Below, piece by piece: positions 20,066 through 30,006 of a stretch of 64,000 nt of DNA (positions are counted from its first letter, which is position 1; the number at the start of each line of letters is the position of its first letter). The translations under genes were made by a program, and so were the position numbers. The notes beneath the pieces are model-generated. The model made no database searches and was not told the DNA's origin. It saw only the letters and a program-made list of their open reading frames with translations. The DNA comes from Candidatus Magasanikiibacteriota bacterium (GTDB lineage: Bacteria; Patescibacteriota; Patescibacteriia; Magasanikbacterales; UBA922): assembly GCA_018652595.1 (NCBI GenBank), contig JABIBU010000027.1, positions 4,416 to 68,415 of the forward strand, read 5' to 3'.

Positions 20066-20602
20066 CTACAAAATGGCATCCTCAACATAATCAACCCCAC
20101 TCTCTAATAATTTCAAAGCATCTGGTAAGAGTGGAATTAAAATAGCAGCTGTCGAAGTCAAGAATGGTGCCATAAAAGACCCATCAATATACCCCATAAA
20201 ATGTTCTGACAAAGGTACTTTGTCAATAAAATATAAAATTAAACCAAGCGTCAGAATTCCTTCAAAAATTCCGAGCATCATCCCCAAAAATCTATTTATT
20301 CCTTTTATAAATGGAAGTTTTGTTACTATGTCAGTAGTTTTCTCAAAAATCCAGAACCCAAAGCCAACTAATCTATTTATTACAACGAACGCAATAATAA
20401 ACATCACAACTTTTGGAACATTACCCTCCCAACCAGTTATGTTTGCTAGCCACTCACCCATTGGTTCATACCAACGACTAGCGAGAAATGCTCCGAGTAT
20501 AGTACCAAGTAATGAGCCCAAAGTATGTATGAGCCCAAACCAGAAACCGAACATTGCGAAACCAGAGATAATAATTAGTAAAATTACATCAAATAATCCC
20601 AT
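20066..20602 (-). CDS. CvpA-family (colicin V production) membrane protein
   Basis: 178 aa, 4 TM helices, CvpA-like pattern. Confidence 0.6.
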   Translation of the reverse strand: MGLFDVILLIIISGFAMFGFWFGLIHTLGSLLGTILGAFLASRWYEPMGEWLANITGWEGNVPKVVMFIIAFVVINRLVGFGFWIFEKTTDIVTKLPFIKGINRFLGMMLGIFEGILTLGLILYFIDKVPLSEHFMGYIDGSFMAPFLTSTAAILIPLLPDALKLLESGVDYVEDAIL

Positions 20603-20693
20603 ATAGTTTGTTTTAATACACGAAAATCACGGAATTTAGGGAAGACACGGAACACTATCCAGTGTTTTCCTTTTATTCTATATATTCTGTGTT

Positions 20694-22172
20694 TTATTTT
20701 AAACGAGGAAAGAGAATCTCTCCTTTTTTTATTATACCATTTTCTAGCAGTTTTCCCCAATTATGGCTCAAATCTTTTGTTCCGAGCTGGTCTAAAATAT
20801 TTTTAGCTGACTCTGGGATGATTGGAAGTAGGGCTACTGCAATATGACGTAGACCTTCTGCAAGTTGATAAAGAAGTTCAGAAATATCCTCGCCATTCTT
20901 AGCCTTTGCCCAAGGTTTTTCATTTGAAATTAGTGCATCAATCTCGCCGACAAAAGAATTAATATTTTTTACACACTCTTCAAAATTATATTTACTCAAA
21001 CTATCATTATATTTTTTCCAAAACTCTGTTACTTGATATTTATCATCTGCTAGTTGTGGAATCTTATTATCATTATACTTCTCCAACATTGTAAGTACAC
21101 GTGAAGTCAAATTACCAACTCCATTCACAAGATGAGCCGTATAAAATTCTTCAAATCTTTCAATGCTAAAGTCACCATCGTCATAAGATGGAACTGCACC
21201 GAGTATGTAGTAACGCAGGGCATCTGTGCCGTATTTTTCAGCAATCTTAAATGGATCTACCACATTACCAAGAGATTTGCTCATCTTCTGGCCTTCTGAG
21301 GTAATAAAACCGTGTATAAAGACTTGTTTAGAAGTTGGAAGTCCAGCTGATAGCAACATGGCTTGCCACATGGCAGTTTGTTGACGCAAGTTATCTTTTC
21401 CAGCCACCTGAACCCCTGGCCAAAACTTTTCAAAATTCTCTTTATCGTCGGGCCAGCCTAAGGTAGAAATATAATTTACCAATGCATCAAACCAAACATA
21501 TATTACTTGTTCCGCGTCACCTGGTACTAGTACACCCCAAGGCATCTTTTCTTTAATTCTCGAAATACTAAAATCCTGCAAACCGCGTTCTACAAATTTT
21601 GTAATTTCATTGAATCTGTGTTGTGGTACCACAAAATCTGGATTGGCTTTGTACATTTCTAGAAGTGGTTCTTGGTATTTTGAAAACTTAAAAAAATAAT
21701 TTTCTTCGTCAATAATTTCCAAATCCAAATTTGGATGTACTGGACATTTGTCATCAACAAGCTCGGAATCAGTTTTTTCTAGCTCACAACCAACACAATA
21801 CTTTACTTGGTAATTTTTTTTATAAATATCCTCATTTTGCAAACACAATTTCCAAAATTTCTGTGCAGCTGCTTCGTGATGCTTGTCTGTGGTGCGAATA
21901 AAGCTAGTGTAAGATAAATTCAAAGCTTGTTTTAGAGCATCAAACTTTCCTGCCCATTCGTCACAATATGCTTGCGGCGAAACACCAAGCTCCTCAGCCT
22001 TACGAAAGATTTTCAAACCATGTTCGTCAGTTCCAGTATTGAAAACCACCTCATCATCGAGTAATGTATGGTACCGTGCCAAAACGTCTGCCTGAATAAT
22101 CTCCAAAGCAAAACCAATATGCGGTTTGGCATTTACATAAGGGAGTGTGGTTGTTATATAATATTTGTTCAT
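20694..22172 (-). CDS. metG: Methionyl-tRNA synthetase (short form)
   Basis: Conserved start MNKYYITTTLPYVNAKPHIGF (HIGH region) and KMSKS. The track ORF adds 6 upstream codons. Confidence 0.9.
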   Translation of the reverse strand: MNKYYITTTLPYVNAKPHIGFALEIIQADVLARYHTLLDDEVVFNTGTDEHGLKIFRKAEELGVSPQAYCDEWAGKFDALKQALNLSYTSFIRTTDKHHEAAAQKFWKLCLQNEDIYKKNYQVKYCVGCELEKTDSELVDDKCPVHPNLDLEIIDEENYFFKFSKYQEPLLEMYKANPDFVVPQHRFNEITKFVERGLQDFSISRIKEKMPWGVLVPGDAEQVIYVWFDALVNYISTLGWPDDKENFEKFWPGVQVAGKDNLRQQTAMWQAMLLSAGLPTSKQVFIHGFITSEGQKMSKSLGNVVDPFKIAEKYGTDALRYYILGAVPSYDDGDFSIERFEEFYTAHLVNGVGNLTSRVLTMLEKYNDNKIPQLADDKYQVTEFWKKYNDSLSKYNFEECVKNINSFVGEIDALISNEKPWAKAKNGEDISELLYQLAEGLRHIAVALLPIIPESAKNILDQLGTKDLSHNWGKLLENGIIKKGEILFPRLK

Positions 22173-22206
22173 ATTTTTTTCAACTCTCATTAATATTTAA
22201 ATTGTT

Positions 22207-22283
22207 TATAGATACACAGATTGAACTAATTTAACGAATACGAACGAATTCGTTTTGATCTGTTAAATTCGTTAAATTCGCGT
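22207..22283. repeat. Family 1 repeat copy upstream of metG (TATAGATACACAGATTGAACTAATTTAACGAATACGAACGAATTCGTT...GATCTGTT)
   Basis: Shares the core and the GAATTCGTT palindrome with the other copies. Confidence 0.65.
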
Positions 22284-22285
22284 AT

Positions 22286-22948
22286 TTATTTTGCAATAAC
22301 TATTACAAACTCCCCTTTTTCTTTAATTTCCATACTTGAAACTTGACTAATATTTCCTCTGTAAATTGTTTCAAACTTTTTGGTTAATTCACGGCAGACA
22401 CACACTTGTCTATTTTCATCTAATATTTCACTCAATTCCTTGAGTGATTTTTTTATTCTGTGACATGATTCATAAAAAGCGACTGTAAATTTCTGATCTT
22501 TTAATTCTTCAAAATATTTTTTTCGTCCTTTTTTATGTGGTGGAAACCCCATGAATACAAACTTATCAGTTGGAAATCCTGAAATTGACAAAGCTGTGGT
22601 GACTGCACTTGCTCCAGGAATTGGTATTACTTCTACCCCGTGTTCGGTAACTTGTTGTACTAGCTGATTGCCTGGATCGGAAATTCCAGGAGTACCAGCA
22701 TCGGTTACTAAAGCTAAATTTCTTCCTTCTTCTAGTAGTTTGATAATTTCATTTATTTTTTTGTCCTTACTGTGTTGATGATAGCTAATTGTATCTGTAT
22801 CTATTTCATGGCGATTTAAGAGCTTTTTCGTCACTCTAGTGTCTTCACACAATACAAAATCAACGCTTTTTAGAGTTTCTAGCGCTCGCAAGGTCATATC
22901 ACCCAAATTTCCTATAGGCGTAGCCACAATGTATAGTTTTCCATTCAT
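22286..22948 (-). CDS. rsmI: 16S rRNA (cytidine1402-2'-O)-methyltransferase
   Basis: 220 aa. YIVATPIGNLGDMTLRAL…CEDTR tetrapyrrole-methylase fold signature. Confidence 0.85.
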   Translation of the reverse strand: MNGKLYIVATPIGNLGDMTLRALETLKSVDFVLCEDTRVTKKLLNRHEIDTDTISYHQHSKDKKINEIIKLLEEGRNLALVTDAGTPGISDPGNQLVQQVTEHGVEVIPIPGASAVTTALSISGFPTDKFVFMGFPPHKKGRKKYFEELKDQKFTVAFYESCHRIKKSLKELSEILDENRQVCVCRELTKKFETIYRGNISQVSSMEIKEKGEFVIVIAK

Positions 22949-23061
22949 ATGGTAGTAGTTTAGCAGGATTGAGCAAAAAAATCAAAAAACCGCTCTTAAA
23001 CGGTTTCTTATAACTTAAAACTTATCAGAGAATACTGATACCCTGTGGGTATTGCTTTGTT

Positions 23062-23250
23062 TTACTCCTCACAACTAATTGCAGCCGTAGGGCATGAATC
23101 TACTGCCATTTTTACAGTTTCATCAGTGTCTCCTGGAGGATTAATAGCCTCTGCTTTATTTGTCTCATCATTCATAGCAAAGCTATTTGGTGCGACAGCT
23201 GGACATGTGCCACAGCCAATGCACAATTCTTCGTTTACAATGCATTTCAT
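23062..23250 (-). CDS. 4Fe-4S ferredoxin
   Basis: 62 aa. CIGCGTCPAVAP … DSCPTAAI motifs. Confidence 0.7.
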   Translation of the reverse strand: MKCIVNEELCIGCGTCPAVAPNSFAMNDETNKAEAINPPGDTDETVKMAVDSCPTAAISCEE

Positions 23251-23268
23251 AAAATTTAATTTAAAAAT

Positions 23269-23352
23269 AAATAGAACACGAATTAAACTAATCTAACTAA
23301 TTATAACGAATTCGTTCAGATTAGTCCAATTCGTTAGATCTGTGTTCTATTT
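23269..23352. repeat. Family 1 repeat copy (AAATAGAACACGAATTAAACTAATCTAACTAATTATAACGAATTCGTT...GATCTGTGTTCTATTT)
   Basis: Its right arm overlaps the last 5 codons and the stop of the IscU-like gene. Confidence 0.65.
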
Positions 23353-23777
23353 TTATAATCTTTAATAGCTTTTTCCAAAGCTTGATCACCCAAAACCGAA
23401 CAATGAATCTTATTCGGTGGAAGCCCGCCCAATCTTTCCAAAATATCTTGCGGAGTAATTTTTAAAGCTTTTTCAATTGTCATACCACCATTTTCTAGTA
23501 CCATCTCAGACATCATAGAAGTAGAAGCGATAGCACTACCACAACCAAAAGTCTGCCATTTGCAATCTATAATTTTATCGTCCTCAACTTTTATCCATAC
23601 CACCATTTCATCACCACAAGCTGGACTACCTACTCTGCCAACACCATTGGCCTTAAACTTTTCTTCTTCGCCGTGTTTCAATAAATTTCTAGGATTAAAA
23701 AAATGATCTTTGACTATATCAGAGTAAAGCCAATCATTACCTTGTTTATCTTTTATTTTAGGACTTTGATTTGTCAT
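23334..23777 (-). CDS. IscU/NifU-type Fe-S cluster assembly scaffold
   Basis: 147 aa. GSPACGDEM…FGCGSAIASTS…HCSVLG conserved Cys triad. Confidence 0.8.
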   Translation of the reverse strand: MTNQSPKIKDKQGNDWLYSDIVKDHFFNPRNLLKHGEEEKFKANGVGRVGSPACGDEMVVWIKVEDDKIIDCKWQTFGCGSAIASTSMMSEMVLENGGMTIEKALKITPQDILERLGGLPPNKIHCSVLGDQALEKAIKDYKNRTQI

Positions 23778-24993
23778 ATTTTAAATTAACTGGTGAAATT
23801 TCACGCAACTTCTCTACAATTCCAGGTAGATACTTTATCACATAATCAACATCTTCCTTGGTATTGCGCTTACCTAATGTAAAACGCAGACTACCATGGG
23901 CATACTCATCTGGTAGACCGCAAGCAATTAGTACATGAGATGCGTCTAGAGATCCAGACGAACAAGCAGAACCAGTCGAGGTCACGATTCCGTATTCGTC
24001 CAAATATAAAAGCATTGCCTCACCTTCGATATCCAAGAAGGTTACATTTAAATTGTTTGGTAGACGAGTTTTTTCATCGTCTAGCTTAGTTCCGTTTAAT
24101 ACTATCTTATCAATATTTTTTTGAAGTTCTTCCCAAAAATACTGTCTGAGTTCTATTAGTCTTTTGTTTTCTTGTCCTTTATTTTCTTGAGATAGTTCCA
24201 AAGCCTTTGCTAATCCAATTATACCAGGGACATTCTCTGTTCCAGCTCGTAATCCCATCTCCTGTCCACCACCGTGGATTAAAGAATGCAAGTCTACTTT
24301 TCGTCTTTTGTATAAAACACCGATACCCTTTGGTCCGTAAATTTTACTACCATTTATAGTCAACAGGTCTACATGCAATTTTTCTACATCCAGATCTAAG
24401 ACACCGGCAGCCTGACAGGCATCACTGTGAAAATACGGATAGACAGTATTTTTAGTTTTGCGCCATTTCAAAATCTCTCTACCCACATCTGCAATAGGTA
24501 GTATAGTTCCAATTTCATTATTAGCGTACATGATTGAGACAAGAATTGTATCCGTGCGCAGAGCATTTTTAAATTCTTTTAAATCAATTTGCCCTTCTTT
24601 GTTTACATTTAGATAAGTAATTTCAAAACCATCTTTTTCTAAAAATTTACAAGTCTCAAGCACTGCTGGATGTTCTATCTTTGTTGTAATAATATGCTTA
24701 CCATTTCTTTTGTGTGGGTAAGCCATTCCTTGAATAGCCAAATTGTCTGATTCAGTTCCACCACTAGTAAAAATAATAGTATCTGCCTGTGCACCCAAAA
24801 TTTGGGCAATACTTTTACGAGCATTTGCGACATCTTTACTAACCTCTCTACCAATTCCATAAAGTCCAGAAGGATTGGCAAATCTTTCTGTATAATAAGG
24901 ATTCATCACGGCTTTTACTTCCTTGTCTACATAAGTAGTGGCTGCATGATCCAAATATACTAGTTTTTTTTCTTTTGGTTTGTTTGGAAACAT
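23758..24993 (-). CDS. Cysteine desulfurase (NifS/IscS class V aminotransferase)
   Basis: 411 aa. PLP lysine motif region and SGSACSSGS active-site loop. Confidence 0.85.
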   Translation of the reverse strand: MFPNKPKEKKLVYLDHAATTYVDKEVKAVMNPYYTERFANPSGLYGIGREVSKDVANARKSIAQILGAQADTIIFTSGGTESDNLAIQGMAYPHKRNGKHIITTKIEHPAVLETCKFLEKDGFEITYLNVNKEGQIDLKEFKNALRTDTILVSIMYANNEIGTILPIADVGREILKWRKTKNTVYPYFHSDACQAAGVLDLDVEKLHVDLLTINGSKIYGPKGIGVLYKRRKVDLHSLIHGGGQEMGLRAGTENVPGIIGLAKALELSQENKGQENKRLIELRQYFWEELQKNIDKIVLNGTKLDDEKTRLPNNLNVTFLDIEGEAMLLYLDEYGIVTSTGSACSSGSLDASHVLIACGLPDEYAHGSLRFTLGKRNTKEDVDYVIKYLPGIVEKLREISPVNLKYDKSKS

Positions 24994-24996
24994 ATA

Positions 24997-25395
24997 TTAT
25001 ACAAAATCAGCGAGCTTAGTCTTTTCTAAATAGTCTGTAAGATGAGTGTTTATTTTTTTGAAAACTTTTCTTGATTCACATTTTTTTTCACGCTTACAGC
25101 CACACTTACCACGCAGGCAGTGAATAATTGCATAATCCCCTTCCAACGCCTCGATAATTTCCTTTAGTGTAATTTTCAAAGGATTTTTCTTTAACATATA
25201 ACCACCCTGGGCGCCTTTGGTCGCCTCTATGATATTTGCATCTTTTAATTTTTTTGCGATTCTTTGCAAAAACAAAAAAGATATCCCAGTGTCTTTGGAA
25301 AAAGTTCGCAAGCTTAGTAGGTCTCCTCTACTTCCTTTTGCGAGAGTTATTACTAGCTGTAGACCATAGTCTACCTCTTTGGTAAATTGAAGCAT
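24997..25395 (-). CDS. Rrf2-family (IscR-like) transcriptional regulator
   Basis: 132 aa. N-terminal wHTH. C-terminal Cys cluster CLRGKCGCKREKKC. Confidence 0.75.
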   Translation of the reverse strand: MLQFTKEVDYGLQLVITLAKGSRGDLLSLRTFSKDTGISFLFLQRIAKKLKDANIIEATKGAQGGYMLKKNPLKITLKEIIEALEGDYAIIHCLRGKCGCKREKKCESRKVFKKINTHLTDYLEKTKLADFV

Positions 25396-25494
25396 ATTTT
25401 TATAATTAATACTTGGTTAGTATGATATAATAAATCAAAACAAAAGTCAAGTAAAAATCAGCCTGAGGCTGATTTTATAGTATCTAATATATAT

Positions 25495-26082
25495 TTACAA
25501 TGGTAAAGTGAGATTAATATTACCACCACCAACTTCTCCATTACTACCGACTATTTCTTTTGGTAGATCAAAATTAACACCTATTGGCTGAAGATCTCCA
25601 GTCAAAGTCTGGATATATAACATCTTATTTTGCTTGCCATACTCATAAACTTCCTTTGTAACTTTTACATCTTGTTCGCAATATCTTTTTACATCTTCTT
25701 TCCTACCTTCTTCCCACCATTTCATAGCTTCCAATCCGTCAGCGCTTTTGGAAACATTTTCAAGAGTCGCTTTGGCCACATCGTCCAATTTATAGCGCTT
25801 TCCATTGATTTCTTTTATTACTTTTAGCAGATCTAGATGAGGAAAGGCCATTAAGTCGCCAGTATAGTATTTATTCAAAATGGGCATATCAAAATGTTCA
25901 CTATTGTATCCTATAGTACGTTCTGCTTTTTCCAAAACCGGCCACAGATCTCCGAGTTCATGTTCTTCAAAAGAAGTATACTTGTCAGTCTCATACTCAT
26001 AAATAGAGACAACTGTAATTTTTAATTCATCAAATTTTTTTATATCACCGATTGTTTCAATGTCGAGAACAACTTCTTTCAT
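25495..26082 (-). CDS. RNase H-like fold 3'-5' exonuclease-like protein
   Basis: 195 aa. N-terminal VVLDIETIG DEDD-like motif. Confidence 0.4.
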   Translation of the reverse strand: MKEVVLDIETIGDIKKFDELKITVVSIYEYETDKYTSFEEHELGDLWPVLEKAERTIGYNSEHFDMPILNKYYTGDLMAFPHLDLLKVIKEINGKRYKLDDVAKATLENVSKSADGLEAMKWWEEGRKEDVKRYCEQDVKVTKEVYEYGKQNKMLYIQTLTGDLQPIGVNFDLPKEIVGSNGEVGGGNINLTLPL

Positions 26083-26245
26083 ATTTTTACACGGATTACG
26101 CGGAATAAAAGGAATGCACGGAATATTACCAATCTATTTACTGCATAAATTAATTGTTAAGGTCATTATTGTAACATAGTTTTTATTTAAATACAAAAAA
26201 CACGGTGGATTCCGTGTTTTCCTTAATTTCTGTTTTTTCCGTGTA

Positions 26246-26473
26246 TTATTTCAAAAGTGTCTCGATTTTCGCTTTATCAAAACCTACAATAATCTCACCG
26301 TCGATATCAATAACAGGCACGCCCATCTGGCCGGACTTATCCATCATTTCCTTTGCTTTGTCTTGGTCTTCGGCAACATTAATTTCAGTATACTCCACAC
26401 CTTTTTCCTTAAAAAATTCTTTTGCCTGCAGGCAATAAGGACAAGTTGGGGTTGAATAGATTGTTACTTTCAT
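26246..26473 (-). CDS. Glutaredoxin/NrdH-like redoxin
   Basis: 75 aa. TCPYC active site. The C-terminus is an alpha/beta Grx fold. Confidence 0.75.
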   Translation of the reverse strand: MKVTIYSTPTCPYCLQAKEFFKEKGVEYTEINVAEDQDKAKEMMDKSGQMGVPVIDIDGEIIVGFDKAKIETLLK

Positions 26474-26547
26474 ATTTTTATTTATTAGATTAATTAACTA
26501 CCATTTTAGTATAACACTATTTAACTTAATCCAACCTGTGGATAAAA

Positions 26548-26898
26548 TTACATCTTTCTAAACTTTACAGAAAACAAAGGCTCGTATTCATTGTCATACT
26601 CATCTCTTATCTCAATGCTTTCACCCTTCATTACTTTATTAAGTGCTATATCATTCAACATTTCTTGATCTGACTCAATATCGATTTTTAAATCCTCCAA
26701 CTTAATAAACTCACCAGAAAACTGTTCCTTTGTTGTCTGTTCAATCTGCTTTTTCTTCTCACGCATTGTTCTTAATTTTTCTGTAAGTTCTTGATATTCT
26801 AAAGATGAAGCTAGAGCATCTTTGTAAGCTGTCCTAATGTCTTTTTGTTTTTTCTTGGCAACCTGGATTCTATTGAAGATTTCCTGTATATTTTGCAT
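26548..26898 (-). CDS. Hypothetical coiled-coil protein
   Basis: 116 aa, charged, with heptad character. Confidence 0.35.
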   Translation of the reverse strand: MQNIQEIFNRIQVAKKKQKDIRTAYKDALASSLEYQELTEKLRTMREKKKQIEQTTKEQFSGEFIKLEDLKIDIESDQEMLNDIALNKVMKGESIEIRDEYDNEYEPLFSVKFRKM

Positions 26899-26941
26899 AG
26901 TATTCTGTATTTAGTTAGTGTGAAACATTATAACACAGATC

Positions 26942-26978
26942 AAAAAACCGGTCACTGTTGATAGTTTCCGGTTTTCTT
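26942..26978. terminator. Bidirectional terminator hairpin AAAAAACCGG-loop-CCGGTTTTC
   Basis: 8-bp stem with A-run and T-run flanks. Confidence 0.5.
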
Positions 26979-26982
26979 ATTT

Positions 26983-27144
26983 CTATTCCTCTTTTGTCTC
27001 TTCTTCAGAAGGAAGATCGTGTTTTCCATCTTCACAATTACACTCTTTTAGATCATGTTCGTGTAGTGGGCAGGTCTCGGCTTGGCAAGTGCCAGGTGTC
27101 TCAGAAACACCCCCGCAACCACCAGTACATACATAGTGTGTCAT
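26983..27144 (-). CDS. Small Cys-rich peptide (53 aa) with acidic DLPSEEETKEE tail; paralog of 7718..7879
   Basis: Manual translation: MTHYVCTGGCGGVSETPGTCQAETCPLHEHDLKECNCEDGKHDLPSEEETKEE. Not in the track (<60 aa). Confidence 0.45.
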   Translation of the reverse strand: MTHYVCTGGCGGVSETPGTCQAETCPLHEHDLKECNCEDGKHDLPSEEETKEE

Positions 27145-27253
27145 ATGTTCTATAATTAAGATTTATATTTCAAACCCAACCAGACTAAGGTTGTATTTTT
27201 ACTCGGCTTATGCTAGTATACCATATCCAAATAAAGATATAAACAAAACTAAT

Positions 27254-28369
27254 ATGTCGTCAAGAGTTATAATAGTCCACTACGATGAAATTGCCATCAA
27301 AGGTAAAAATCGTCCAAAATTTGAGGGTCAGCTAGTGGATAATATCAGAGAGAAAATAAAAATCGCAAAACTAAAAGGCGAAGTACAAAAAAAGTATGGT
27401 CGTCTTGATATTGTAATTCCAGAGTTAGATCAAAAAGAAGATTGGATTAGGCTTCTCCAGACAACTTTTGGAATTGCTAATTTTAGTTTTGCTGTGCTTG
27501 TTGAACAAGATTTAGAGGTAATCAAAAACCAATGCCTAGAAGAAATTAGTAAACAAGAGTTTGAGACTTTTCGCATTACCACACAAAGAAGTAATAAAAA
27601 CTTTCCGATCGGCTCCATGGAGGTTAGCAAGGAAGTTGGTGCCTATGTTTTTGAAAATTTGAAAAAGAAAGTTGATTTGTTCAATCCTGACACTACTTGT
27701 TTTATTAGTATTGTAGATAATTTTGCACTCATATACTCAGAGAAAATCCAAGGCCCAGGAGGACTACCTGTAGGAATCAATGGCAAGGCTGTAGTACTGC
27801 TCTCTGGTGGAATAGATTCGCCAGTAGCTGCTTGGTATGCAATGAAACGAGGACTACGAATTAGTTTTGTGCATTTTCATTCGGCACCATATACTTCTCA
27901 ATCTTCTATCGATAAAGTGGAAGAGCTGGCAGAGATATTAAGAACTTACTCTCCAAATGCAAAGCTCACTTCTATTGCTTTTGGTGATATTCAAAAAAAA
28001 TTAAAATTGCAAATACCAGAGAAATACTTAATTATTTTTTATAGGCGCTATATGTTACGTCTAGCAGAAAAACAAGCAAGAGAATCCGGCGCCAAAGTTT
28101 TGATAACTGGCGAAGCACTAGGCCAAGTAGCTTCGCAGACTTTGGAAAACATGATAGTAGTGGAACAAGCTATTGAGATGATGATCCTTAGACCTCTAAT
28201 AGGTTTTGATAAAAAAGAGATAATAGTTAAAGCCAAGGAAATTGGAACTTTTGAGACTTCTATTCTTCCTCATGACGACTGTTGCACGCTCTTCATGCCA
28301 AAATCACCCGAGACTAGAGCAAAACTGGCAGATATTTTGGAGATAGAAGCTAAGATTGATCTGGAGTAA
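27254..28369 (+). CDS. thiI: tRNA 4-thiouridine(8) synthase ThiI (THUMP + PP-loop)
   Basis: PP-loop VLLSGGIDSPVAAW. Start taken at MSSRVIIVHYDEIAIKGKNR. The track ORF extends 21 codons upstream. Confidence 0.85.
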   Translation: MSSRVIIVHYDEIAIKGKNRPKFEGQLVDNIREKIKIAKLKGEVQKKYGRLDIVIPELDQKEDWIRLLQTTFGIANFSFAVLVEQDLEVIKNQCLEEISKQEFETFRITTQRSNKNFPIGSMEVSKEVGAYVFENLKKKVDLFNPDTTCFISIVDNFALIYSEKIQGPGGLPVGINGKAVVLLSGGIDSPVAAWYAMKRGLRISFVHFHSAPYTSQSSIDKVEELAEILRTYSPNAKLTSIAFGDIQKKLKLQIPEKYLIIFYRRYMLRLAEKQARESGAKVLITGEALGQVASQTLENMIVVEQAIEMMILRPLIGFDKKEIIVKAKEIGTFETSILPHDDCCTLFMPKSPETRAKLADILEIEAKIDLE

Positions 28370-28435
28370 CGCTTTAAAAAAGAACTAAAAGAAACACTCC
28401 GCCTATTTGGCGGAGTGTTTTTTCTTATTTATTCT

Positions 28436-29152
28436 TTATTTCATCAAACCCTCTTCAAAATCTACCAAATAAAAATTCCCATCATTTAAAACTGCGGCCT
28501 CAATTTTTTTATCAATTCCAAATATAATACTGAGACCTACAATAATAAATAATATCGCCAAAGTTTTTTTGAACCAACCCTTTGGATCTGCCAGACCACT
28601 CAATCGCTTCGTTACTTTTTGTCCCAGATATGCTATTAAGAGCAATATTGAAGAAAGTCCTGAAGCATAGATTAACAAATAAATAATTCCTACAAAATAA
28701 TTTTGAGGTAGTACAGTTGCCAGAATAAGAAAGTAAGTTGGTGAGCAACTAGAAAACACAGGGCCGAGCGCTGCACCCATCAAGATGTCTCCCCACAAAG
28801 TTTTTTTCTGACTAGACTCATAAAGAAATTTGTCAGATTTGGCAGAGAATTTTAGTTTATTACTAAGACTTCCCCAGAGATTCGGGAAAAGTGCAGTAAA
28901 TCCAAAAAATAAAATAATAAATCCAGAAACCAAGCTCCATGCCTTTGGTGGAATATCAATTAGCAGTGTGCTAGCTTTCAAAAGCAGAGTGAATAGAATA
29001 ATTGAGACAGCTAGCGAACCAACTATAATAAAGGGTCTGCGCTTATTACTATCTTCTACAGATTTGCCAATAATAATAGGCAAAATAGGCAGAATACAAG
29101 GAGCGAGCACTGTAAGTACTCCGGCTACAAAGCTGACTAGAGCTAATGTCAT
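28436..29152 (-). CDS. ccdA: CcdA/DsbD-family thiol:disulfide electron transporter
   Basis: 238 aa, 6 TM helices. APCILP and later Cys in TM4. Confidence 0.7.
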   Translation of the reverse strand: MTLALVSFVAGVLTVLAPCILPILPIIIGKSVEDSNKRRPFIIVGSLAVSIILFTLLLKASTLLIDIPPKAWSLVSGFIILFFGFTALFPNLWGSLSNKLKFSAKSDKFLYESSQKKTLWGDILMGAALGPVFSSCSPTYFLILATVLPQNYFVGIIYLLIYASGLSSILLLIAYLGQKVTKRLSGLADPKGWFKKTLAILFIIVGLSIIFGIDKKIEAAVLNDGNFYLVDFEEGLMK

Positions 29153-29186
29153 AGGCTTATATGGTTAAATTTTGGTAATAGATTTG

Positions 29187-29990
29187 TTATTTTAATTTGT
29201 CAAGAATACTTTGCAAATCACTACCTCCAGTCCATTTTGTAATTTGGTTTCCTTTTTCATCTACTTGAACAAGGGTGTGTTGATATGTAATACTGTATTT
29301 TTTACGAAGATCATTTGCATCATCATAATTTACTTGTAAAATATTCAAGTCAGTTGGAATATCATCTAAAGTTTTGTTCAAATTACTTTCCAAACGACGA
29401 CAAGTTGGGCACCAAGCAGCGTGAAAAAATAAAACTACATTATTTTCTTTTGCTAACGCTAACTTTTCTGGTGAGTAAACTTCATAAGTGCCAGGTAAAT
29501 TTTGTAATATTTCTTCTACTACTATTGTTTCTTCTACTACAGGGACTTCTTCGAGTACTTTTACTTCAGCAACCTGTTCATCAATATCTTTTACAATTAA
29601 TTTTCCAACCATACCTTGGGCGCGATGATTGCCAACCGAGCAATAGAATTCAAACTCTCCTGCTTTGTTAGCTACGAAAGTAACACTGGTTTTGTTACCT
29701 GTATTTATCTTTTTTGTTTTTACATTCAATTTGTCAATTACAAAGTCATGGAAACCTTGTGAATTATAGAAATCTATTGTGACAGTCTCTCCCTTATTTA
29801 TCGTGATTACGTTTGGGGTGAAAGAATAGTTTTTTCCTTCTACCTCTATACGAAGACCGTCTATATTTTGTACATCACCGGCTTCTGTATTTGGATTAAT
29901 TGGAAGGCTTGCTTCTTTGGAAACTTTGTTACAACCTCCACCGATCATAATCAGTGACATTGCAAACACAAAAAATATTTTGTATTTCAT
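29187..29990 (-). CDS. Lipoprotein fusion: cupredoxin (type 1 blue copper) domain + thioredoxin-like domain (WCPTC)
   Basis: Lipobox MIGGGCNK. Cupredoxin ligand set …H…CSVGNHRAQGM. C-terminal HAAWCPTCRR thioredoxin motif. The track ORF starts 25 codons earlier at 30065. Confidence 0.6.
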   Translation of the reverse strand: MKYKIFFVFAMSLIMIGGGCNKVSKEASLPINPNTEAGDVQNIDGLRIEVEGKNYSFTPNVITINKGETVTIDFYNSQGFHDFVIDKLNVKTKKINTGNKTSVTFVANKAGEFEFYCSVGNHRAQGMVGKLIVKDIDEQVAEVKVLEEVPVVEETIVVEEILQNLPGTYEVYSPEKLALAKENNVVLFFHAAWCPTCRRLESNLNKTLDDIPTDLNILQVNYDDANDLRKKYSITYQHTLVQVDEKGNQITKWTGGSDLQSILDKLK

Positions 29991-30006
29991 ATTTTTATTT
30001 ATTAAA